A stretch of DNA of 64,000 nt from Octopus sinensis (taxonomy: Eukaryota), in contig NC_042998.1 in NCBI RefSeq assembly GCF_006345805.1, positions 50,034,001-50,098,000 on the forward strand, given 5' to 3'. How positions within the stretch are numbered: the first letter of the stretch is position 1; each line of letters starts with the position of its first letter. The position numbers and the translations under genes were made by a program. Under the pieces are notes generated by a model, which did no database searches, was not told the DNA's origin, and saw only the letters and a program-made list of their open reading frames with translations. Positions 13,296 through 24,390 of the stretch are shown here, one piece after another.

Positions 13296-13517
13296 GTGTA
13301 TAGATATTTATATCCACAGAGAAGACACTTGACAGGACTTCTTTCATGCTAAAAAGGGCAGTTAAATCCAAACCACGAAAAAAAGGAATTTTTAAGGCAC
13401 GCTGCTAATAGGCACCTTAAGAATTCCTCTTTTTTCGTTGTTTGGGTTTAACTGTCCTTTTTAGTATGTAAGAAGACCAGTCAAGGGTCTTCTCTCCGTG
13501 TATAAATCTATATACAC
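13296..13517. mobile_element. Foldback/MITE-like inverted repeat, ~100-bp arms
   Basis: 13296-13397 is the approximate reverse complement of 13415-13517 around a ~17-nt loop. Confidence 0.8.
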
Positions 13518-13626
13518 TTTTATATATAAAAAAATACTTTGTCTTAAGACTTTATTAAGCAGGCAGACCATTGGTAATAAATTATTCAAACATTTTACCC
13601 CCAAACTTATATAGTGTATATATATC

Positions 13627-13661
<35 letters not shown>

Positions 13662-13689
13662 TTATATATATAATATAATATAAATAATA

Positions 13690-14253
13690 TATAAACACAT
13701 ATAAAAAATGTATATATACATACATATATGTACATTCCTACATATATAGTATATATACATTCATATATGGGTACAGGACATAAAAAATAACGTTGAACAC
13801 AATGAGAAGCGAAAGCATAAAAACAAAAACATAGAAAAACGAACTTTTTTCCGAACAACGAAAAAACAGAGAAACGAGATATGCAGCATAAAGAATATTC
13901 CCCTTCATCAGTTGTCCCTGTTTCATCTACTCCTCGTTTCGAAGGCAAATATATATAATATATATATATATATAATATAATATAAATAATATATAAACAC
14001 ATATAAAAATGTATATATACATACATATATGTACATTCCTACATATATATGTAATATATACATTCATATATGGGTACAGGACATAAAAAATAACGTTGAA
14101 CACAATGAGAAGCGAAAGCATAAAAAAACAAAAACATAGAAAAACGAACTTTTTTCCGAACAACGAAAAAAACAGAGAAACGAGATATGCAACATAAAGA
14201 ATATTCCCCTTCATCAGTTGTCCCTGTTCATCTACTCCTCGTTTCGAAGGCAA

Positions 14254-14306
<53 letters not shown>

Positions 14307-14555
14307 ACAAATTAATAAAAATAAAACATATATATGCATACATATATATACGTACCTACATCTACATGTATATATACATGCATATATGGGTACAGGACAC
14401 ACAAAAAAAAAAATCGCCGAACACAATGAGAAACGAAAACATAAACACAAAACCAAGGAAATGGACGTTTTTTTTTAAACAACGAAAATATAGAGTACAG
14501 GACATACAACACAAGGAAAATTCCCCTTCTTCAGTCGCCTCTGTTTCATCTACTC
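13690..14555 (-). repeat. Tandem array of ~304-bp Penelope-like units (two near-identical plus one diverged)
   Basis: GTTTCGAAGGC at 13937 and 14241; units separated by (TA)n; each carries CTGATGA/CTGAAGA on the minus strand. Confidence 0.8.
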
Positions 14556-14594
14556 ATATATATATTTCAATATATATTACATATATATATTTAC

Positions 14595-14905
14595 AAAGTA
14601 AGAAAACAGCACAGCTCCCATGACTTCAGGAAACATTTTTTCACGCTGCTGAAAGTTGCTGAAGCATGGAACAAACTGCCGGCATCGGTTTTGTTAGTTG
14701 TTTGTCGGAGCACTGCATCCTTCAAAACTTCCATGCTTCCTGAGATTCGCCAACACTACACTTGATTTTCTCCCCTCCATACACACACAAGCATGTATCT
14801 GACTCATACATTGTTCGCTTTCCAGACATTTCTTACATTACTGCATGTACTTTATATGCACTTTCTGACAAGTTGTGGTGCATCTGAGCACTGTATACAA
14901 TAATT

Positions 14906-14936
<31 letters not shown>

Positions 14937-14962
14937 AATTATTATTATTATTATTATTATTA
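14595..14962 (+). mobile_element. CR1/L2-type LINE 3' end with (ATT)n tail
   Basis: Translates ...KHFFTLLKVAEAWNKLPAS... (WNxLP motif) then 3' UTR and (ATT)n. Confidence 0.75.
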
Positions 14963-15079
14963 TAAGATAGGAAAATAGAGATAATTTATAAAATATTATT
15001 TATTAATTAAAATATAGACTAATATATATATCGTTACGTGTGCGTACGTGTAAATGTCCAGACATTTAACTATGTATAC

Positions 15080-15119
<40 letters not shown>

Positions 15120-15146
15120 TATGTGTATGTGTGTGTTTGTGTGCAT

Positions 15147-15467
15147 CTTACACTTGTTAAGTCACTAGACTGCGACAAGACTGGGGAACAACCTTGAGGA
15201 ATTTTAGTCGATTCAATCGACTCCAGTATTAATTCTGTCGATCTTTGTCGAACCACTATGTTACGGGTACGTAAACAAACTAATGCCGGTTGTCAAGCGG
15301 TCTAGGGTACACACACACACACACGCACATACACACACATATATATACACACATATATACGACGGGTTTCTTTCAGTTTCACTGTATCTATTCACAAGGC
15401 TCTGGTCGGCCCAAAGCTATAGAAGAAAACACTCGTCCAAGGTGCCATGCATTAGAACTGTACCCGG
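15147..15467 (-). mobile_element. SINE family A, degenerate, head truncated by the adjacent foldback
   Basis: Aligns to 720-1104. Confidence 0.7.
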
Positions 15468-15570
15468 AATATATAAATGGTTAAACATCCTGAGCGTTCG
15501 TCTCCTTACTCATTTTCCTGTTTTCTACTATATACATATACATACATACATACATACATATATATGTATA

Positions 15571-15654
<84 letters not shown>

Positions 15655-15671
15655 CATATATATATATGTAA

Positions 15672-15702
<31 letters not shown>

Positions 15703-15815
15703 TATTATATATATATATATATGCACTATAGTATAGGCAATGGGCTATATACTGTTTTGTAATTTAGTCATCCAGCAGGTATAGAGCCCATTGTCTATAG
15801 TATAACTACAATACT

Positions 15816-15883
<68 letters not shown>

Positions 15884-16025
15884 TATTGTAGTTCGCTTGA
15901 AGCATTGAGTATTGTTTGTAAAGAATTAAAAGTTTTGAATGGTACAATGCACTAAAATATAGACAATGTGCTATATACCTGCCGGATGATCAAATTACAA
16001 CAGGTTTATAGCCCATTATCTATAT

Positions 16026-16083
<58 letters not shown>

Positions 16084-16175
16084 TATATATGTATGTATGT
16101 ATATGCATGTAGAAAACGGAAAAATGAAATTGAATAGGAAACGAACGCTCAGGATGTAAAAACCATTTATATATT
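15468..16175. repeat. ~700-bp foldback centred on a (TA)n tract with nested hairpins in both arms
   Basis: AATATATAAATGG...CATCCTGAGCGTTCGT versus ACGAACGCTCAGGATG...CCATTTATATATT; ACTACAATACT versus AGTATTGTAGT flank the central (TA)n. Confidence 0.85.
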
Positions 16176-16499
16176 TGAAGTCTTTTACATATGTTTCGAA
16201 GGATGCACTCCAAAAATGTCCGACAGGATTAATTATGGCCACCAATAGATCAATCTCATCAGGAAGGATATAAATAACAAACTCATCAAACAGACATGTT
16301 AACAGAGATAGAAAGTCCTACAAAATGGAACGTATTTATATTCATCTGCACACATGCGTATACTCACTCAATTATGTGACGTGTAAATATAAACGTTATA
16401 TACTTACAAAAAAAAAACACAAACGTATACGAACACATAGACATACACATGTATCAATATACATACACATAAACATATGCATATATATATGTATATATA

Positions 16500-16560
<61 letters not shown>

Positions 16561-16734
16561 AACATATACATAAATATATATATATGCATACACACAAACA
16601 CATACGCATATATTCAAATACATGCATACATACATACTTACATAGGCAGAAATATACTCACACACATAGGAATATATATCTACACATGTACTCGTACACG
16701 AACACACACTTATATATGTATATTTATCTATATA

Positions 16735-17165
16735 TGTATTGCAGTTTTATTGTTTGTCTATGCCAGAAAAAAGGCTTTTTCGTTCGTCCTCTTGTGTTTG
16801 TTTTTGTACATGTATTTTAATTTTGCAGTCTTATTGTTAGTCTTGTTTGTGTTCGTACTCATTGTGCCCCGCTGCTTGAAATTTTATTTTAATTCTCTCG
16901 CAGGAAGGCCTATTGGATTAGTGTTCTGTTATGCCTTCGAAACATGCCTGACTCCTCTAGCGACAGCTGATGAGTGGGGTTTGTCCTTGTGTAACCTGTC
17001 CTGTATTTGGTTTTCGTTTTCCGTTTTCTTGTTTTTTGTTTTTTGGTTTTCTGTTTCTACGTCTTATTGTGATGTCCTGTACTTCCGTATAATTATTTAT
17101 ATATGCATGTATATATACATGTAGATGTAGGTACGTACATATATGTTTGTATGTATGCATATATT
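16735..17165 (+). repeat. Penelope-like ~430-bp unit, copy 1 of a direct repeat
   Basis: Near-identical to 17568-18005 (offset 833 bp); contains GCCTTCGAAAC...ACAGCTGATGA. Confidence 0.8.
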
Positions 17166-17567
17166 TTTATTTATCTCCTTATTGTCTGACAGCGCCCCGC
17201 ATCAGGTTCGTTCCGATTCGTCGTTTCGATCCACTTCTTGGTCCCTTTTTTTTTATATTAATATTATATATTGAAGATGCGGTACTCTCCCTTTGCTTTA
17301 ACCTCTTCAATCTTTCTCCCTCCCCCTCCTCTCTCTCTTCGCCGCGTGTCCCCCTCCTCCTTCCCTCTTCCTTGCCTATAAAACAAAATTCCTTTACACG
17401 TGGTTACCACTATTGAAAAGACTGCCTCCACGCGCTGCTACTACACTTTCGTCCTTGCCAGCAAAAAGGCTTCTTCGTTCGTCCCCTTGTGTGGTTAATT
17501 TCCTGTATAGTATTCTTGTTATTTCTCGTTTTGTAACTAATTGTACTTTTTGTACATGTATTTTTAT

Positions 17568-18005
17568 TTTTGCAGTTTTATTGTTTGTCTATGCAGAAAA
17601 AAGGCTTCTTTTTCGTTCTCTTCTGTGTTGTTTTTGTACATGTATTTTAATTTTGCAGTCTTATTGTTACGTCTTGTTTGTGTCGTACTCATTGTGCCCC
17701 GCTGCTTGAAATTTTATTTTAATTCTCTCGCAGGAAGGCCTATTGGATTAGTGTTCTGTTATGCCTTCGAAACATGCCTGACTCCTCTAGCGACAGCTGA
17801 TGACGGGGGTTTTGTTCCTTGTGTAACCTGTCCTGTATTTGGTTTTCGTTTTCCGTTTTCTTGTTTTTTGTTTTTTGGCTTTTTCTGTTTCTACGTCTAT
17901 TGTGATGTCCTGTACTTCCGTATAATTATTTATATATGCATGTATATATACATGTAGATGTAGGTACGTACATATATGTTTGTATGTATGCATATATTTT
18001 TATTT
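17568..18005 (+). repeat. Penelope-like ~430-bp unit, copy 2 of a direct repeat
   Basis: Near-identical to 16735-17165. Confidence 0.8.
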
Positions 18006-18012
18006 ATCTCCT

Positions 18013-18056
<44 letters not shown>

Positions 18057-18273
18057 ATATGCATCTATGTCTCTCTCTCTCTATATATATATATATAAAT
18101 GTATAAAAAGAGAAAATACATACAATCAAACATACATACATACGTACATACATACGTATATACATGCATACATACATACATACATACATACATACATACA
18201 TACATACATACATACATACATACACACGAATAGTCAATGTGTAACACGAGATTGATGATTAATTCCCTGACAG

Positions 18274-18408
18274 ATAAGAGTTTCGCGTGATACGCGTGAC
18301 AATCTTCATGGAGTGAACATTAGAAAGAAACATGAATGCTGGAGAGGAACTCGGTGGTGTGACGTACAACCAGTTCGTAGCTCTTATTGCTTTGCACGGC
18401 CAAAGTGA
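18274..18408 (+). CDS. Candidate terminal coding exon of an unidentified gene (IRVSRDTRDNLHGVNIRKKHECWRGTRWCDVQPVRSSYCFARPK*)
   Basis: TTAATTCCCTGACAG acceptor; only phase 0 is open; TGA at 18406-18408; AATAAA at 18489-18494; non-repetitive CpG-containing island between microsatellites. Confidence 0.35.
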   Translation: MRVSRDTRDNLHGVNIRKKHECWRGTRWCDVQPVRSSYCFARPK

Positions 18409-18684
18409 TGAGCTTCGATGTTTTCCGTTGATATTGGTGGTAATGAAAAAGGATGACATATGAGTTTTTCTCAGTTTGAAAAAAGAAAAATAAATATGAA
18501 TCTAGACGATGTAAACGAGCTCCGTTAGGCTTCTTGTTATACCAAAACAGGTTACAACGTGATCCCTAGCTAATCAGGAGGGGGCACAAACGACTACCTG
18601 CTCTAAACTGTGACATTGGTTTCCATCCATCAAACATGGCATACAATGTCTCAAGCAGTTACTGAGTGCATCTCCGACTCGATT

Positions 18685-18728
<44 letters not shown>

Positions 18729-18949
18729 TAGACATACACTATTATGTGTATGATCACAACTGTCTAACCAACGGTAACGTGAGACTCTAAGTAACAGTCT
18801 GTGTAAAGGATTTTGCAGCTTTAGCAAAAGCACATTACTCTACCTTCGGTATTTGAGTATTATTTTTTCCACCTTGTTTTGCATTTGTGCGGTTATACAC
18901 ACACTCACACACACATACATACATACATACCATACATACATACACACAT

Positions 18950-18993
<44 letters not shown>

Positions 18994-19859
18994 GATTTGA
19001 TTTGATTTTGATTTTTCCAGTTTCAGCTTATGAACTGTGGCCATGCTGGGGCACCGCCATTTATATATATATATATGTATGTATGTATGTATGTATGGTG
19101 TGTGTGTGTGTGTGTGTGGCTGAAAGAAGGGATAAGTTCTTTCTACTATCTAGGACGGCTTAAAATTTCAAATGACATACGAACTCAGGCATACAGATAT
19201 ACATAAATATATAAAACGGTCATATGCACACAGACGGACATACAGAATACACACATACACACATACATACACAAACACACATACACACACACACATATAT
19301 ATATATACACATTTGAACAAAACATATCCCTAATACCTTCATGCGTACACATAGACGATTCTAACTGCAGCTTGGGTAACACGATCTGATACATGCTGAC
19401 GCAAATGCACACACACACACAAACACACGCACACACAAACACACACACACACACACACTCACACACAGAGCTATACCACACGCACACACACATTCACAAA
19501 CAATACACAACCACACACACATAATTACATAAGCACACAATCATAACACGCTCACATACATTCATGAATGCACAATACGCACACACAAACGCACCTGTAC
19601 ATATCTGCACACATTCGTATCATTAACATGGCGTACCTGACATGTAAACATATATGGGGGCATGCGCTGTGCGGCGGCGAGGGGCGAGGTCTACATGCAC
19701 ATGGACATAGCGCAGTGGTCAACTTCTGCATTGGAGATCTTAAGAAGGTTGTGACATTAAGAGGAATCAATAAAATTAATTCTTCAATTGAATAACGGAA
19801 TCGGAGATTAATGCCGGATCAATTTATATGCATCGAAGTGTTATTCAAGTGTTACATTA

Positions 19860-20185
19860 TATGCTCCACTGACGACGAAGAGGAAAGTGATGATGGTGAT
19901 GATGATGATGATGAAGGGGATGGGAAGGCGGATGTAGATGAGGAGTAGGAGGAGGAAGGGTAATGGTCGGGTGAAGAGAGTGACAATGTTGATGATGATT
20001 GCAATGATGATGTTGGTGGTGTTGGTGGTGGTGGTGGAGGGGATAATGATGAAGGTGATGATGATGATGATGGTGATGATGATAATGATAATGGTGATGA
20101 TGATGGTGGTGGTGGCAGTGGTGGTGATGATGATGGTAATGACGATGATGATAGTGGCGGTGGTGGTGCTGGTGATAACGATGAC

Positions 20186-20217
<32 letters not shown>

Positions 20218-20474
20218 CACTGATGATGGAAATGAGGATGATGATGATAGCGGTGGTGGTGATGGTGATAATGATGAGGATGATGATGATGATGATGATG
20301 GTGGTGGTGATGGCGATGATGATGATGATGATGATAATGACGACGATGATGATGTTGGTGGTGGTGGTGGTGGTGGTGGTGGTGGCGGTTGTAATAATAA
20401 GGAACGTAATAGCAGTGCTGTTTGCAGTGATAGTGGTGATGGCTGTGACAACAGCGGTAGAGATTTAATAAATG

Positions 20475-20523
<49 letters not shown>

Positions 20524-20990
20524 TCATTGTGGTTGTGACGGTGGTGGCGGTAGTGACGGTGAGATCGTATTCTTTTACAGTATCGGAGGCAGTAGCAGTG
20601 GTAGTGATAGTGGTGGTCGTTGTGATAGTGGCGACGGTGTTAGCGGAATGTTAGTAGAGGCAATGATGCTAATAGTAACGGTGGTGGTAGTACAGTTAGC
20701 GGTGATAGTGATGGTGATGGTGGTAGCGGTGGTGGTAGTGCCGGTGGTAGCGGCGGCGGTGGCGGTTGTTGTAGTGCTGCTGATGGTAATGGTGATTATG
20801 ATGATGATGATGGTGATGATGGTGATGATGATGATGGAGATAATGATGATGATAATGATAAGGATGATAAAAATGATGATGATGATGAAGATGATGACGG
20901 CGACGACGATAATAATGATGATGCTGGCAATGGTGATGAGGGTGGGGGCGGATGTCAATGGTTATGATGGTAATTTTCTACTTCACGTAT
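19860..20990. repeat. 1.1-kb (GAT/GGT/AGT)n cryptic trinucleotide low-complexity region
   Basis: Seen directly; explains the poly-M/V/S ORFs. Confidence 0.9.
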
Positions 20991-21074
20991 GATGTATGAC
21001 ACTTCAACAATGAGCCATTCAACTTTGAAATGTTGACAGTCCCAAATTAGCGCAGCTGACCGCGGAGGCAGCAG

Positions 21075-21170
21075 AAATAAATAAATAAAATACAATAAAT
21101 AAATAAAATACAATAAATAAATAAAATATAATAAATAAATAAAATATAATAAATAAATAAAGTATAATAA
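21075..21170. repeat. 18-bp tandem repeat AATAAATAAATAAAATA(C/T), about five copies
   Basis: Seen directly. Confidence 0.85.
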
Positions 21171-21211
21171 AGTCATTCAGTTGCCTTGTTTTAAGTTTAT
21201 TTTTTTTTATT

Positions 21212-21430
21212 TTTTACTTTACTCTTTTACTCTTTTACTTGTTTCAGTCATTTGACTGCGGCCATGCTGGAGCACCGCCTTTAATCGAGCAAATCGACCC
21301 CGGGACTTATTCTTTGTAAGCCCAGTACTTATTCTATCGGTCTCTTTTGCCGAACCGCTAAGTGACGGGGACGTAAACACGCCAGCATCGGTTGTCAAGC
21401 AATGCTAGGGGGACAAACACAGACACACAA

Positions 21431-21462
<32 letters not shown>

Positions 21463-21638
21463 TATATACATATATACGACAGGCTTCCTTCAGTTTCCGT
21501 CTACCAAATCCACTCATAAGGCATTGGTCGGCCCGGGGCTATAGTAGAAGACACTTGCCCAAGATGCCACGCAGTGGAACTGAACCCGGAACCATGTGGT
21601 TGGTTAGCAAGCTACTTACCACACAGCCACTCCTGCGT
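21212..21638 (-). mobile_element. SINE family A, full length, best-preserved copy
   Basis: A box TGGCTGTGTGG and B box GGTTCAGTTCC on the minus strand; complete tail. Confidence 0.9.
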
Positions 21639-21661
21639 CTATTTTGCTAAGATTTTTTTTC

Positions 21662-22002
21662 TCTTATCAGTCATTAGACTGTGGCCATGCTGGGGCATTA
21701 GCAGGAATTTTTTTTTTTGTATCCTAGCAATTATTCTATCTATCTCTTTTGCCGAACTGCTTCATTATGGGGACGCAAACTCAAAAACACCAGTTGTCAA
21801 GCAGACACATACCCATCCACACACACACATACGTATTTACGACGGGTTTCTTTTAGTTTCCGCCGACTAAATCTCCACTCACAAGGCTTTGGCCGGCCCG
21901 AAGCGATAGTAGAAGACACATGCCCAAGGTGCCACGCAGTGGGACTGAACCCTGAACCATGTAGTTGGGAAGCAAGGTTCTCCCCACATAGCCACGCCTG
22001 CG
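21662..22002 (-). mobile_element. SINE family A, second adjacent older copy
   Basis: Aligns to the neighbouring copy with more substitutions and a deletion. Confidence 0.85.
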
Positions 22003-22197
22003 TCTTAGTTTATAACTCTTTCTTGAAAGGGCGCATCTCGAAGCAGAAAAAGCTACAATATCGTGTAAACACTGGGTATTTCTCTCTGCAAGTGTGAATC
22101 CGTCATAGTGAATTATTCTTAAAGAACATCTAATTACTGGTACTCCTTGCTAGAAATAGGAGTTGTCACGTTTGGAAACGGGACAATAATTGGATAA

Positions 22198-22710
22198 TCT
22201 ATATATATAAAACTGTAGTTGTGTGAGTGTCTGTCCCCTTCGATTTAGATTCCTAACTACTCCCACATTTTGCGGTGCAGTTTAACCAAATTCGGATATC
22301 TTATAGTCGTGATTCATATCAAGCCCGTCTGAGTACTAGCGCGCGTCTACGATGAGTCTACGATTTTAAAAATAATTTAACATCATTTTTTATTCCATTT
22401 TAATGCATAATATTTCGTGTGTCGATGGCGGCGGAGTTGGCGTCCATGGTCACACCTGCACCTGTTTGCTTCTCCCCCTTCTTCCCTCCCTCGTGAAGCT
22501 GTGGGGAAGGGAGTGTAAGGAAATCAACGTCGTAAAGCGTTGTCAAGGAGACCAGCGTTCTTTTAGAACAACGACTTCATGGCTTGAAGACACCAAAACA
22601 GAAATGGCTAAGAAAGCCCGAATTGGCATCTATAAGGGAAGTAACTCTCTAAAAATGCTTATATAGTTATTTCCCTTACAAACCCGAGCAACGCCGGGCG
22701 ATACTGCTAG
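22198..22710 (+). mobile_element. Non-autonomous Helitron (~510 bp)
   Basis: A|TCTATATATATAAAA 5' end; CCCGAGCAACGCCGGG hairpin then CTAG|T 3' end; inserted between A and T without TSD. Confidence 0.85.
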
Positions 22711-22827
22711 TTGGTTATAATTGCTTAATAGCGTAATAGGATAATACACTTACACATCTCAAATGATATATCTGTATTCATATATGTATGTTAACATCTA
22801 TTCATTTGTCCATTCCCCACCGGCCGT

Positions 22828-23125
22828 GAAGGCGCGTGGCTTAGTGTTTACGGTATTCGGCTAATGATCGTAAGGTCGTGAGTTCGATCCCCGGCGGCAC
22901 GGGGTGTCCTTGAACAAGACACGCTATTTCACGTTGCTCCAGTCCACTCAGACGGCGAAAACGAGTAGTACCTGTATTTCAAAGAGTCAGCCTTGTCATA
23001 TTCTATGTCACCCTGAGTCTCCCTGAGATACGTTAAGGCTACACGTCTCTATGGATTCCACGAGCAGGTTGATCCGTTGATCGAAACAACTGGAACACGC
23101 GTCGTAACTGACCGAGTGCCAGACC
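22828..23125 (+). mobile_element. tRNA-derived SINE family B, full length
   Basis: GGCGCGTGGCTTAGTG A box, GAGTTCGATCCC B box, GTGTCCTTGAACAAGACAC central domain. Confidence 0.85.
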
Positions 23126-23134
23126 ACGTGTGGG

Positions 23135-23179
<45 letters not shown>

Positions 23180-23198
23180 ATATATGTATGTATGTATG

Positions 23199-23686
<488 letters not shown>

Positions 23687-23698
23687 GAATATGTATAT

Positions 23699-23751
<53 letters not shown>

Positions 23752-24237
23752 GTGTGCGTGTGCGTGTGTGTATCTATTTATCTATCTATATCTATCTATC
23801 TATCTAAATATAGATGTATGAGCAATTAATTATAGACAGCCGTTTGAACTGTATTACTAAATAGGAAAACTATAATTGTCAGTAAATATAACTAGGGTGT
23901 TAGAACACCTAAATTGTTAGAAATAAGAGCTAACAAGCTCTAATCCTGTAGTTAAAGCACATAATTACATACATATGCACTGACAGGGCCCGTAATCACC
24001 CGAAAATACTGGTCGAGAATTCCGAGTGTAACCGGCCAAAACTGCTAAGATGATCTCGAACTCGACTGAAGATAAGACGCTCCGAATGACTCGTCTTTCT
24101 TTTTTCCTTCCGTTTTTGTATCATCTAACTGTTCGGATGTTTTGTTGTCACTGGTTACGTTCTTGTTCCATTTTTTTGTTTTCTCTTTATATATACATAT
24201 AGCGGCGTACGTACACTTTTGGTCTCCTGTATGTAAA

Positions 24238-24273
<36 letters not shown>

Positions 24274-24331
24274 TATACATATATATATATATTATATATA
24301 TATATATATAATATATATATATATACATATA

Positions 24332-24390
<59 letters not shown>

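Noticed and set aside
19852-20992. Poly-Ser/Pro and poly-Met/Val ORFs of 114-199 aa
   Set aside because: Stop-free by construction of the trinucleotide tract; no splice signals or domain.
24060-24095. GACTGAAGATAAGACGCTCCGAATG, and the similar minus-strand string near 54650, as hammerheads
   Set aside because: No intact GAAAC and no convincing stems; possibly Penelope-derived but not supportable.
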